The notes below the pieces were generated by a model. That model was not told the DNA's origin. It ran no database searches and saw only the letters and a list, made by a program, of their open reading frames with translations. A stretch of DNA of 64,000 nucleotides from Chloroflexota bacterium. Lineage in GTDB: Bacteria > Chloroflexota > Dehalococcoidia > Lucifugimonadales > Lucifugimonadaceae. The position numbers were made by a program, and so were the translations under genes. Location of the stretch: contig JAYZJV010000056.1 of the NCBI GenBank assembly GCA_036164085.1, positions 737-64,736 of the forward strand, in the 5' to 3' direction. Positions 19,940-29,607 of the stretch are shown here, piece after piece (position 1 is the first letter of the stretch; each line of letters begins with the position of its first letter).

Positions 19940-20948
19940 AATTATCTTTAGAATTTAAAATTATTTCTTGAGAAGAACCATCAGGTTTCATTTGATAGAT
20001 ATCTGAGTTATTATGAGCATTTGAAGTAAAGAGCACACTTCTGTATCTATCAGACCAAACAATATTAGATTCATCTACTTTGTTATTAGTTAGTCTTTCT
20101 ATTTTTTTAGATTTAACATCCATAATGTATATTTCTTTATTATTTTCCTGATCATTTATATATAAAATCTTATTTCCTCCAAAAGCCCATTCATATTCCA
20201 AAACATTAACTTTTAAATTGTCATGTATATTTTCTCCAAAATAATCTTTTTTATTTATTTCTTTCCCAGTATTTTCAACGACTTTGTCTATATTTTTGTA
20301 AATCCATATAGACTTTAAATTTTTATCAGATTTACTAAAAATCAAATATTCTCCATTTGGACTCCATTTAGGATCATCCCCTTTTGTAATAAATATTTCA
20401 TTTACACCTTTCGGATTTGATAGGTATATTGAATCTTCAATATTATAAACTATCCATTTACTATCTGGAGACCATGATCCTAATTTTGCTACCTTATCAG
20501 ATCTAGTTATCGGAAGAAATGTTTTTAAGTTTAATGAATATAAAAATATATTTCCTTCACTTTCAATAGATTCAAATTCAACTGCTATTTCCTTTGAATT
20601 TGGAGCCCATTGAAAATTTTTAATTTGCCTATTATTATTATTTGCAATTTCTAGTTTAGTTCCATCATTATTTGAAATCCACAGAGTCGTTTTATTATTT
20701 TCTAAAGAAATAAATGCAAAATTGTTTTTGTTTGGAGACCATTTGGGGGAAAAAGATTTTACTTTTAAGTCAGTAATAAATTTAAAAGCAGGTTTTGAAG
20801 ATGAATTTATTAATATAATTCTTGAAAAATCTCCTATTTTTTGTTCAGCTAATATAGATCTATTTGAGTCAAAAGAACAAGATGAAACAACAAAAACAGA
20901 TAAGATTAATATTACTATTATTAATTTTTTATTCTCTATAAATTTCAT
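19920..20948 (-). CDS. PD40/TolB-like beta-propeller lipoprotein
   Basis: Signal peptide with lipobox (VFVVSSC). Repeated WSPN/WSPD PD40 motifs (WSPNKNNFAF, WAPNSKEIAV, WSPDSKWIVY, WSPNGEYLIF). Confidence 0.75.
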   Translation of the reverse strand: MKFIENKKLIIVILILSVFVVSSCSFDSNRSILAEQKIGDFSRIILINSSSKPAFKFITDLKVKSFSPKWSPNKNNFAFISLENNKTTLWISNNDGTKLEIANNNNRQIKNFQWAPNSKEIAVEFESIESEGNIFLYSLNLKTFLPITRSDKVAKLGSWSPDSKWIVYNIEDSIYLSNPKGVNEIFITKGDDPKWSPNGEYLIFSKSDKNLKSIWIYKNIDKVVENTGKEINKKDYFGENIHDNLKVNVLEYEWAFGGNKILYINDQENNKEIYIMDVKSKKIERLTNNKVDESNIVWSDRYRSVLFTSNAHNNSDIYQMKPDGSSQEIILNSKDNFNFLDW

Positions 20949-21043
20949 TAGTGGTTTTTTTTTATTAGTTTAATGATTATAATCAAAATCAAATTTCAAG
21001 GCATTTGTAGATTTTTACAGAAATATATCTTGGGAGGTATTTT

Positions 21044-22219
21044 ATGAAGTTTTCTTTTTTTTCTATGCCATTGCATTTACCAAATGAAAATCCTGCTTTA
21101 GCTTTCAAAAGAGATTTGGAATTGATAAAAACTGCAGATGAACTGGGATATGATGGTTTTTTTGTAGGAGAACACCATACAGCTGCTTGGGAAAATATCC
21201 CTTCACCAGAATTATTTTTATCTAAGGCTTCAGCATATGCAAATAGAATCCAGTTAGGATCTTCATTAGTCAGCTTACCTTTCCATCATCCTTTTAATGT
21301 TGCTGAAAGATTTGCATTTCTTGATCATCTAACTGAAGGCAGAGCTGTTTTGGGAGTAGGTCCGTGTAGTTTGCCTCCCGATGTACAACTTTATGGGGTT
21401 CCTCCTCAAGAATTAAATCCTATGATGAGAGAATCAATGAAGATTATAGATATGTTATTAACTTCTGAAGAACCAATTAGCTATTCTGGAAAATATTGGG
21501 ATATAAAAGATATGTTTGTACAATTAAAATCTTTCCAACAACCTAGACTCCCATATGCAACAGCATCGGTTGGTTCGGAAAGGTCTCTAGAATTTGCTTC
21601 AATGTATAACATGCACCTTTGGTCTTTAGCTCTAGAAATTGGTCCCCCTAATGGAATTCATTGGTCTAAACAATGGAAAAAAACTAAAGAAATTTCAGAT
21701 GAATTAGGTACTAATCCTTCAAAAGATGATTGGCGAGTAGTTACTTATGTACATTTAGCAGAAACAAATAAACAAGCTTGGGACGAAGTTGAGAAAGCTA
21801 TTGAGAGAGATGTTCACGAATATTTTTATGTAATTAATGGTTATGAAGGATGGTTATTAGATAAAGATCAAGATCCTTATTCTCTTACAGCAAAAGAAAT
21901 AGTTGAATCTAGAAATTGGATAATAGGAACTCCTGAAGAAGCAATAAAAAAAATCAAAGAAATGGATGAAAAAGCTGATGGTCTTGGAGGATTAATGTTT
22001 ACTACCCATGAATGGACTAATCAAAATTCTATAAATAAATCATTAGAACTTTTTGCAAGATATGTAATGCCTGAATTTAAAGGACATACAAAATCAATCA
22101 AAAAAGCTTGGGATATAACAAAGAAAGACAGAAAAAATAATAAGATTCCTTCCTTATCGTCTAAAGATAAAGCTCCAAATATAGATGATCATAAATCCAA
22201 TCTATTTATAAACAGATAA
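21044..22219 (+). CDS. Luciferase-like (LLM class) flavin-dependent oxidoreductase
   Basis: N-terminus FSFFSMP...LGYDGFFVGEHH and overall length are typical of LLM monooxygenases. RBS gggagg upstream. Confidence 0.75.
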   Translation: MKFSFFSMPLHLPNENPALAFKRDLELIKTADELGYDGFFVGEHHTAAWENIPSPELFLSKASAYANRIQLGSSLVSLPFHHPFNVAERFAFLDHLTEGRAVLGVGPCSLPPDVQLYGVPPQELNPMMRESMKIIDMLLTSEEPISYSGKYWDIKDMFVQLKSFQQPRLPYATASVGSERSLEFASMYNMHLWSLALEIGPPNGIHWSKQWKKTKEISDELGTNPSKDDWRVVTYVHLAETNKQAWDEVEKAIERDVHEYFYVINGYEGWLLDKDQDPYSLTAKEIVESRNWIIGTPEEAIKKIKEMDEKADGLGGLMFTTHEWTNQNSINKSLELFARYVMPEFKGHTKSIKKAWDITKKDRKNNKIPSLSSKDKAPNIDDHKSNLFINR

Positions 22220-22232
22220 TTTAGGTGCCATT

Positions 22233-23603
22233 ATGAAAAATACAGATTTAATATCACTTATTGATGAGATAGATAAAAATTCTGATGAACTTGTTAATTT
22301 ACATCAGAGTTTAGTAAAAATTGAGTCAGTAAACACAGGATATATGCCTACTGGAAACGAGACCAAAGTAACTGAATTTTGCGCCAAATGGTTAGGTAAA
22401 TATGGCATAGAATCTAGCCAACTATCTAGAGTTAAAGAGAGGGGAAATATTATTGCCAAATATCCATTATCCGGTGACAGGAAAAAACTTTTGTTAATGT
22501 CTCATACAGATGTAGTCCCAGTTGAAAATTATGACAAATGGGAATTTGAACCTTTTAGTGCCGAATTAAAGAATGGAAAAATTTTAGGAAGAGGCTCTTC
22601 AGATTGTAAAGGTTTATTAGCTTCTCAAATGATGGCAATGGCGATATTGGCTAAAAATGAGATTGAATTTCAAGATAACTTTACATTAATCTCAGGTGCA
22701 GATGAGGAACATGGTGGAAGATATGGATTTGGCTGGTTGCTTGACAATCACCCTGATGAGTTAAGATTTGAGTATGCAATTAATGAAGGAGGAGGGTCAC
22801 CTGTTACTATTGGGAATAATTTATATTATCTTTTAGGAACTGGAGAAAAAGGTAGACTTGAAATTAATATAAAAATTAAAGGAGAAAGTGCTCATGCATC
22901 AGTTCCATGGTTAGGAGAAAATGCTATGGGATCAACATCAAAAGCGATAGACAAAATATTAAATTATATTCCAAGTTTGGATTGTTCAACCGATATATTT
23001 AACTACTTAGGTTTGTTTGGAATAGAAACTAAACCTTCAATAAAAAATTTGGATTTGATAATTAAAGAAGCTTATGAAAAAAACTCTAGTCTGGGTACTC
23101 TGTTGAAAGCTTTATCTAGAATGACTATTACTCCTACAATTATTAAAGGCGGTATAAAATCTAATTCGGTTCCAGAATTTATTGAGTTAGTACTTGATGT
23201 AAGAACATTGCCAAATCAAAATGATAAAGATGTTGAAATAGAATTGAATAAAATGTTAGAAGGTATTCCAAATCTTACTTATGATATTGATTACATGGCA
23301 AAGCCAAATTCCTCCCCTTTTAATACGGAGCTGCTTAATGCTATAAAAAAATCACAAGCATTGAGTGTAGGTAGAGACGATATTCAATGGATTCCTTCTG
23401 TTTCAACTGGTTTTACAGATTCTAGATTTACAAGAGAATTGAATGTGATTACCTATGGATTTAGAGGAACTCATCCAGATGATAATCCTGATTCGGAGAA
23501 TGTTCATGGAACTAATGAGAACTATGGTGTGAAATCTCTAATCAGTTCATCTAAAACTATGTTAGGAACAATTTGGGAAATATGTAATCCAATTACCCAG
23601 TAA
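22233..23603 (+). CDS. M20-family metallopeptidase / deacylase (ArgE/DapE/CPG2-like)
   Basis: Metal-ligand contexts [24 protein letters not shown], plus a dimerisation-domain-sized insert. Confidence 0.82.
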   Translation: MKNTDLISLIDEIDKNSDELVNLHQSLVKIESVNTGYMPTGNETKVTEFCAKWLGKYGIESSQLSRVKERGNIIAKYPLSGDRKKLLLMSHTDVVPVENYDKWEFEPFSAELKNGKILGRGSSDCKGLLASQMMAMAILAKNEIEFQDNFTLISGADEEHGGRYGFGWLLDNHPDELRFEYAINEGGGSPVTIGNNLYYLLGTGEKGRLEINIKIKGESAHASVPWLGENAMGSTSKAIDKILNYIPSLDCSTDIFNYLGLFGIETKPSIKNLDLIIKEAYEKNSSLGTLLKALSRMTITPTIIKGGIKSNSVPEFIELVLDVRTLPNQNDKDVEIELNKMLEGIPNLTYDIDYMAKPNSSPFNTELLNAIKKSQALSVGRDDIQWIPSVSTGFTDSRFTRELNVITYGFRGTHPDDNPDSENVHGTNENYGVKSLISSSKTMLGTIWEICNPITQ

Positions 23604-25290
23604 TTGCTCCTTCAGAAGCAGGCTGAACAAGTTTTATATATTTTCCTAGTGTCCCTTTTTCATATAAAGTTTTTCTATGCTTCCATTTTTTTAATCTGTC
23701 AGAAATTTCTTTTGAAGAAATTTCTAAATTAAGTTCAAATTTTTCTAAATTGATTTCTATTTTGTCTCCATTTTCTACTGCTGCTATTGGTCCTCCTACA
23801 GCAGCTTCTGGGCCCAAGTGACCTATTATCGCTCCTGTTGAACCACCAGAAAATCTTCCGTCAGTAATAAGATAAACACTTTCACTAAGGCCTTGACCTA
23901 CCAAAGCTCCAGTTATTGATAACATTTCTCTCATCCCTGGTCCTCCTTTTGGACCTTCGTACCTTATTATCACAACATCTCCAGCTTTGATTTCTCTTTT
24001 TCTTAATGCTTCCATAGCTTGTTCTTCTTGATCAAAAACCTTGGCTGGACCAGTAAACTTTTTACCAAAATCATGTCCAGCAACTTTTAATACACACCCA
24101 TCTGGAGCTAAATTACCGAATAAAGTTACCAATCCTCCAGTTTTAGAAATCGGATTATCTATAAGCCTTACAATATTATTTTCATTAGGGTTAATGTCTA
24201 TGTCTTTTAAGTTTTCTTTTATTGTTTTCCCCGTTACAGTCATTTGATCTCCATGTAGTAACCCTGCTTCAAGTAGCCTTTTCATTACTAATTGAACTCC
24301 TCCTACCTTATCTAAGTCAAACATTACATATTTTCCACCTGGTTTCATATCAGCAAGAAGTGGGGTTCTCATTGAAATATCATGTATTTCTTTCAATGTC
24401 AGTTTTATTCCCATTTCATTTGCAATAGCTGGAAGATGTAATGCAGTATTTGTAGAACCTCCCATTGCTACTACTAGAGTCACAGCATTTTCAAATGCTT
24501 TTTTTGTCAATATATCCGAAGGTCTTATGTTTTCTCTAACCAGGTTCATTACAGCGATTCCAGCTTCTTTAGAAGAGTCTTTTTTCCTCTGATCTACAGC
24601 AGCTTCAGATGCTGAACCTGGGATACTTAATCCAAGTGCTTCCCCTATACTTGACATTGTATTTGCAGTAAACATCCCTCCACAGGCTCCAGGTCCAGGG
24701 CATGCATGTGTTTCTATTTCTTTTAATTGTTCATCATCTATTTCTCCAGCCTGCCTTTTACCTACAGCTTCAAATGCACTTATAATAGTCAAATCTTCTC
24801 CGTTCAGTTTTCCTGGTAATATAGATCCTCCATAGACAAATACACTAGGTATATTTAATCTTGCCATTGCCATCATTGCCCCAGGTAAAGATTTATCACA
24901 ACCAGCTATAGCTACTAATCCATCATATCTTTCAGCAAAACAAACGGTTTCTATGGAGTCGGCAATAATTTCTCTAGAAACTAAAGATCCTTTCATTCCT
25001 TCTGTGCCCATAGAAATAGCATCAGATACAGTTATTGTTCCAAATTCAAACGGAGTTCCTTTTGAAGAACTAATGCCTTGTTTGACCTCACTAACTAATG
25101 GCTTAATTCCTGAATTACAAGGAGTAACCTCGTTATGGGTTGAAGCAACTCCTATAAAAGGAGCATTTATATCATTATCATCTAAACCCATTGCTCTCAT
25201 CATTGATCTATGTGGAGCTCTAGCTACACCTTCAGTTGTTTCCCAACTTCTCCATTTTCCTTTTTGTCTTTCCTCTTTTTTTCTCTTCAT
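23593..25290 (-). CDS. ilvD: Dihydroxy-acid dehydratase
   Basis: [46 protein letters not shown]. 565 aa. Confidence 0.95.
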   Translation of the reverse strand: MKRKKEERQKGKWRSWETTEGVARAPHRSMMRAMGLDDNDINAPFIGVASTHNEVTPCNSGIKPLVSEVKQGISSSKGTPFEFGTITVSDAISMGTEGMKGSLVSREIIADSIETVCFAERYDGLVAIAGCDKSLPGAMMAMARLNIPSVFVYGGSILPGKLNGEDLTIISAFEAVGKRQAGEIDDEQLKEIETHACPGPGACGGMFTANTMSSIGEALGLSIPGSASEAAVDQRKKDSSKEAGIAVMNLVRENIRPSDILTKKAFENAVTLVVAMGGSTNTALHLPAIANEMGIKLTLKEIHDISMRTPLLADMKPGGKYVMFDLDKVGGVQLVMKRLLEAGLLHGDQMTVTGKTIKENLKDIDINPNENNIVRLIDNPISKTGGLVTLFGNLAPDGCVLKVAGHDFGKKFTGPAKVFDQEEQAMEALRKREIKAGDVVIIRYEGPKGGPGMREMLSITGALVGQGLSESVYLITDGRFSGGSTGAIIGHLGPEAAVGGPIAAVENGDKIEINLEKFELNLEISSKEISDRLKKWKHRKTLYEKGTLGKYIKLVQPASEGAITG

Positions 25291-25410
25291 TTTTTCCTCA
25301 ACATTTTGTATTGATTCAATTAATCTTTTTTATAACTATTTAGTATATAACGCTATAGTAGGTATAAGAGTATACTATTTCAAGAAATTATAAAATTATG
25401 AGGTTTTTTT

Positions 25411-27927
25411 ATGACAAAAAAATTAGAGAATTTCAGATTACCAAAATATGCATCCCCAACAAAATATAAAATAGAACTTTCACCTGATTTAGAAGCAAAA
25501 AACTTTCAGGGAAAAGTTGAAATAGATATTAATATTTTGGAAAAAACAAATGAAATTTCTTTAAATGTTGCTGAATTGGATATACATACTATCAGTATCA
25601 ATTTATCTCATTCAAATATAAAAATTATTGATTGGGAAATCGATGATCAGTATGAAATCATGAAAGTAAACTTTTCAGATTTTTTATCACCAGGAGAAAT
25701 AAATTTGTCTATTTTATTTTCTGGGCTTTTGAATGATAAGTTACGAGGTTTCTATCATTCAACGTTTAAAGATTCAGAAGGGATAACACAATCAATAGCA
25801 ACTACACAATTTGAATCTACAGATGCAAGAAGAGCTTTCCCTTGTTTTGATGAACCTGAATATAAATCCATTTTTTCAATTTCTTTAATTGTTAATAAAA
25901 ACTTATTTTGCGTGTCAAATGCAGCTATAAAAAATGTTGATGAAAAACAAAATGACGATTTAAAAAAAATATGCTTTGAAGACACTATTCCAATGTCTAC
26001 GTATTTAGTTGCTTTCATTGTTGGTCCCTTCGAGGCATCAAGATCTATTGATGTTTCTGGCACTGAATTGAGAATTATATATCCTATTGGAAAAGGTCAT
26101 TTATGCGATTTTGCGTTGGAGTTGGGTAAATATTCATTGGAATATTTTTCTGATTATTATAAGATTCCTTATCCAGGAGATAAATTAGATATGATTGCAA
26201 TACCTGATTTTGCTTTTGGAGCTATGGAGAATCTTGGATGTATAACTTATAGAGAAGCTTTATTACTTGTAGATGATAAAGAAGCAACCTCAAATGAATT
26301 GATTAGAATTGCAGATGTTATAGCACATGAAATTGCACATATGTGGTTCGGCGATCTTGTTACTATGAAATGGTGGAATGGAATTTGGTTAAATGAGGCA
26401 TTTGCAACATTTATGGCAACAAAGGCAGTAGCTGATTATAAAAAGGAATGGAATAGATGGGCCCAGTTTTCTCTAGAAAAATCAATGGCAATGGATATTG
26501 ACTCATTGAATTCTACTAGACCAATTGAATATCCAGTTATCTCTCCTTCTGATGCAGATGGAATGTTTGATTTGATCACATATGAAAAAGGAGGATCAAT
26601 CTTAAGGATGTTAGAACAATTTTTAGGTGAAGAAATCTTTAGAGATGGGGTATCTTTATATCTAAGCAAACATTCATACGGAAATACTGAAACAGATGAT
26701 TTGTGGGATTCTTTAGAGCAAGTATCAAGCCTCCCTGTTAAAAAAGTAATGGATTCTTGGATATTTCAACCAGGACATCCTATAATTAACTATTCATATC
26801 AAAACAAAAAATTATCTGTTACTCAAAAAACTTTTAGATATCTAAACTCATCAGATAAAACTACATGGGGAGTTCCTCTTTTTATAAAATATGCTACTGA
26901 TAGTCAAAATAAAGAAATGAAGTTTTTATTTGATAGTAGAGAGGAAATTATAGATTTAAAAGAAGATGTTAGTAAAATTTTTCTCAATTCAAATGCATTT
27001 GGATTTTATCGAACAAATTCAAAAACCCCAAATTTTTTATTTGACATAAAAGAATTATCTTCTGAAGAAAAATATTCTATTATTGATGATTATTGGGCTT
27101 TGATTTTAAACGGTTCAAAAAAAGTAGAATCTTTTTTAGAATTTTCAGAAAAATTTCAAAATGAAACAGACCCTGATATTTTAGGACTTTTATATTCATG
27201 CTTTAGTAATTTAAATAGGAATTTAGAAAACAAATCTTATTTACAATCAGTCGTAGAAAAGATTTTTAAAAAAACTTTACAAACCTTAGACAAGAATACA
27301 AAAAGATCAGTTAGGGAAACTCAAGCCCTTGCAGTATCTTTTAGAGCAATGACAATTATTTGTGAAAACTCTTCAGTTATACAAAAATCAAAAGATATTC
27401 TTGAGCAATATTTAGATAACAATTCTAATTATGAACCAGATATTATATCTAGTGTGATCTCAATAAATGCCTCTAACGGAGACTCAAAACTTTTTGAAAA
27501 ATATGTAGATAATATGAATAATGCTAAGACACCTCAGGATCAAGTTAGATTTCAAAGATCTTTATCTTTATTTAAAGGTGAAAAAGAAACAGAAAAATTA
27601 TTTAATCTTATTTTGACTGACGAAATTAGATCTCAAGACTCTCCATATCTTCTTGCATCAACTCTAAATAATGAATTTGCCGGATGGAAAACTTGGAATT
27701 TTATTGAAGAGAATTGGGATAAATTAACTTCTAAATTTCCAGAAAATTCTATTGTAAGAATGTTATCTGGAATCAGAGCACTTAACAAAAGAGAATATTT
27801 TGATCACTTGAAATCATTTTTTTCTAAAGGAGAGAAAGTCAAACAAGGGAGATTGCAACTTGACCAACATCTTGAAAAGCTAGAAATCAATGTAGAATTC
27901 AGAGAAAGTTTGAACGAAAAAGATTAA
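25411..27927 (+). CDS. pepN: M1-family aminopeptidase N
   Basis: GAMEN exopeptidase motif and zinc motif HEIAHMWFGD...WLNEAFA. 838 aa. Confidence 0.92.
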   Translation: MTKKLENFRLPKYASPTKYKIELSPDLEAKNFQGKVEIDINILEKTNEISLNVAELDIHTISINLSHSNIKIIDWEIDDQYEIMKVNFSDFLSPGEINLSILFSGLLNDKLRGFYHSTFKDSEGITQSIATTQFESTDARRAFPCFDEPEYKSIFSISLIVNKNLFCVSNAAIKNVDEKQNDDLKKICFEDTIPMSTYLVAFIVGPFEASRSIDVSGTELRIIYPIGKGHLCDFALELGKYSLEYFSDYYKIPYPGDKLDMIAIPDFAFGAMENLGCITYREALLLVDDKEATSNELIRIADVIAHEIAHMWFGDLVTMKWWNGIWLNEAFATFMATKAVADYKKEWNRWAQFSLEKSMAMDIDSLNSTRPIEYPVISPSDADGMFDLITYEKGGSILRMLEQFLGEEIFRDGVSLYLSKHSYGNTETDDLWDSLEQVSSLPVKKVMDSWIFQPGHPIINYSYQNKKLSVTQKTFRYLNSSDKTTWGVPLFIKYATDSQNKEMKFLFDSREEIIDLKEDVSKIFLNSNAFGFYRTNSKTPNFLFDIKELSSEEKYSIIDDYWALILNGSKKVESFLEFSEKFQNETDPDILGLLYSCFSNLNRNLENKSYLQSVVEKIFKKTLQTLDKNTKRSVRETQALAVSFRAMTIICENSSVIQKSKDILEQYLDNNSNYEPDIISSVISINASNGDSKLFEKYVDNMNNAKTPQDQVRFQRSLSLFKGEKETEKLFNLILTDEIRSQDSPYLLASTLNNEFAGWKTWNFIEENWDKLTSKFPENSIVRMLSGIRALNKREYFDHLKSFFSKGEKVKQGRLQLDQHLEKLEINVEFRESLNEKD

Positions 27928-28775
27928 TTGTCCTCTAGGTCTTTAAGAAAATTTTCTATTTCTGGAGGAAGATCAATTTCATCCTTTTTTGATGCTTCTA
28001 TTTCAAATTGTTTAATCATTTCATTTACCTGAGGATTATTTTGAAGATTTTTATGCATTTCTATATATTGATTTTCTCCTTTTTTTCGTTCAGGAAATTC
28101 TTTTGAGAATTTATAAATATAAGATAAACTTTCTAACAATCTGGAAGTTGCCAGAAAATCATCGTCAAGCTTAACATAAAGAGGTATGTGTACCATCAAG
28201 GATAAAATTTCTATAGATAGCTCATCATTTAAAAGTTTTGATAATTGAGAAGTCATACTTGTTGGACCAGTGTAGTTTGATTTATTTTTCAATGTTTCAT
28301 TTAAAGGCTCTGGGGGTATCCATCCTTTATAACTTCCAGTAACAGGCAAAGGTTTAGTATGCGGTACAGAATCAAACATTCCTCCAATAGAAATATATCT
28401 TTTTCCATTTAGATTTTTTATCAAATCAATAATAGCTAAATTGAAATCCTCTGCAAAATTATGAGGTTCTAAAAGATAAAGAAGAAATATATTTTCATCA
28501 GATTGGTTTTTATTTCCAAATACTACAGTGTTTGGCACTCTAATTTTTCTTTCTCCATTTTCATTTAATAACTCAGGTCTATATCTAGTCATATCATAGT
28601 ATTTACTAGGTTTCTTTAATCTTCCAATTTCTTCAAGGTTGAAAATTTTAACAAGTCTACTAATTGAATTATGACCTACATTTCCAACATTGATCCAAGG
28701 TCTTAAAATACTAATAAAATGACTATTTTTATAGCTAGACACCGGGATATTTAGTTCAAATTCTTCTATATTCAA
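27924..28775 (-). CDS. PAC2 (proteasome assembly chaperone 2-like) family protein
   Basis: 283 aa. N-terminal ILRPWINVGNVG...RYRPEL pattern resembles bacterial PAC2/ATP-grasp-like proteins. TTG start. Confidence 0.6.
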   Translation of the reverse strand: MNIEEFELNIPVSSYKNSHFISILRPWINVGNVGHNSISRLVKIFNLEEIGRLKKPSKYYDMTRYRPELLNENGERKIRVPNTVVFGNKNQSDENIFLLYLLEPHNFAEDFNLAIIDLIKNLNGKRYISIGGMFDSVPHTKPLPVTGSYKGWIPPEPLNETLKNKSNYTGPTSMTSQLSKLLNDELSIEILSLMVHIPLYVKLDDDFLATSRLLESLSYIYKFSKEFPERKKGENQYIEMHKNLQNNPQVNEMIKQFEIEASKKDEIDLPPEIENFLKDLEDN

Positions 28776-28853
28776 ATTTTTTAAATTATTTTAACTTTTA
28801 AAAAGTTTACATATTTATACTTTAAAAATAAATATTAGAAATATAAAAACATA

Positions 28854-28882
28854 TTGAAATAAAAATTTTATATCACTATTAT
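28854..28882 (+). promoter_or_regulatory. Candidate sigma70-type promoter (TTGAAA-17 nt-TATTAT) for the leader and NUDIX gene
   Basis: TTGAAA at 28854-28859, a 17-nt spacer, TATTAT at 28877-28882. Read directly from the sequence. AT-rich context raises the false-positive risk. Confidence 0.4.
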
Positions 28883-28916
28883 TTAATTAAGATGATTAGT
28901 CATCTTAATTAAATAA
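28879..28916. promoter_or_regulatory. Perfect 17-bp-arm palindrome (TTATTTAATTAAGATGA-ttag-TCATCTTAATTAAATAA); operator candidate
   Basis: The arms are exact reverse complements with a 4-nt centre. It overlaps the candidate -10 and the predicted transcription start. Confidence 0.45.
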
Positions 28917-28922
28917 ACAAGT

Positions 28923-29078
28923 ATGAAAGGAGGATATTTTAATTGGAAACGAATAATAAGCGAGGTGCTCTTAACTGAAGGCGCCAAGAGGGTTAAGATA
29001 CCTCCGCTAAGAGTGAAATTATCCGGTAAGGTTTCTCCTTACCCGATAATTTCACTCTTAGTATTTAAAGGCATTTAA
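28923..29078 (+). other. Structured leader or small ORF upstream of the NUDIX gene (51-codon ORF, alternatively a cis-regulatory RNA)
   Basis: ATG 28923 to TAA 29076-29078 (MKGGYFNWKRIISEVLLTEGAKRVKIPPLRVKLSGKVSPYPIISLLVFKGI). Locally GC-richer than the surroundings. Contains nested helices 28960-29008 and a 24/25-bp hairpin. Confidence 0.4.
29007..29061 (+). terminator. Long near-perfect hairpin (25-nt arms, 1 mismatch, loop TTTCT); attenuator or terminator candidate
   Basis: CTAAGAGTGAAATTATCCGGTAAGG / CCTTACCCGATAATTTCACTCTTAG. Followed only by a weak T-tract (gtattt), so function as an intrinsic terminator is uncertain. Confidence 0.35.
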
Positions 29079-29085
29079 AAAAATA

Positions 29086-29571
29086 ATGATTAGACATTTT
29101 ACATCAACTGTTTTTGTAGTACATGACAATAAAATTGCTTTGCATTGGCACGATAAAGTAAAAATGTGGCTACCTCCTGGAGGTCATGTCGATATTAATG
29201 AAGATCCTGTTCAAGCTGCAATAAGAGAATGTAATGAAGAAATGGGTATTGATATATTTATATATTCAGAAAGCAAATTCAAATTTCAAGAAAAAGCATT
29301 ATCAAGTATTTTTCCTCCTGAAACTATACTTTTAGAAACAGTTGAAGATATTAATATAGGGACACATGAACATATTGACTTTATTTATTTTGGTTACCCC
29401 AAAATAAATAAAGTCAATTTAAATCCAAAATGGATATGGGTTGACTCTTATACCTTGATCAACAAAATTCAATTACAAAACCCACTAGGTGATTATTTTA
29501 CTCCTCCAAATGACGTTATTGTTTTAGGACTTGAAGCTATTTCTAAATTAAAAAATCTGAGTAAAAAATGA
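29086..29571 (+). CDS. NUDIX hydrolase
   Basis: Nudix box GGHVDINEDPVQAAIRECNEEMGI (GX5EX7REUXEEXGU). 161 aa. No SD-like sequence upstream of the ATG. Confidence 0.85.
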   Translation: MIRHFTSTVFVVHDNKIALHWHDKVKMWLPPGGHVDINEDPVQAAIRECNEEMGIDIFIYSESKFKFQEKALSSIFPPETILLETVEDINIGTHEHIDFIYFGYPKINKVNLNPKWIWVDSYTLINKIQLQNPLGDYFTPPNDVIVLGLEAISKLKNLSKK

Positions 29572-29588
29572 ATTTACTCAGATTTTTT
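29551..29588. terminator. Bidirectional intrinsic terminator between the NUDIX gene and the convergent dehydrogenase gene
   Basis: AAAAATCTGAGTAAA-7 nt-TTTACTCAGATTTTT: a 15-bp stem with an A-tract 5' and a T-tract 3'. It overlaps the NUDIX stop codon. Confidence 0.6.
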
Positions 29589-29607
29589 AAGAATGCTTGC
29601 TTTTTGC

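Noticed and set aside
28793-28807. Short AT-only palindromes in intergenic DNA, for example AACTTTT-a-AAAAGTT here and similar ones at 25330-25375.
   Set aside because: These are expected by chance at this base composition. They are not reported as regulatory sites.
28960-29061. Whether the structured region upstream of the NUDIX gene is SRP (4.5S) RNA, 6S RNA, tmRNA, a tRNA, or a NUDIX-associated ykkC-subtype riboswitch.
   Set aside because: None of the diagnostic motifs I know are present. These include the SRP domain IV GGAA tetraloop with AGCA/GGUCA loops, tRNA T-loop GTTCGAATC-like boxes, and the ykkC conserved cores. The region is left unassigned rather than named.
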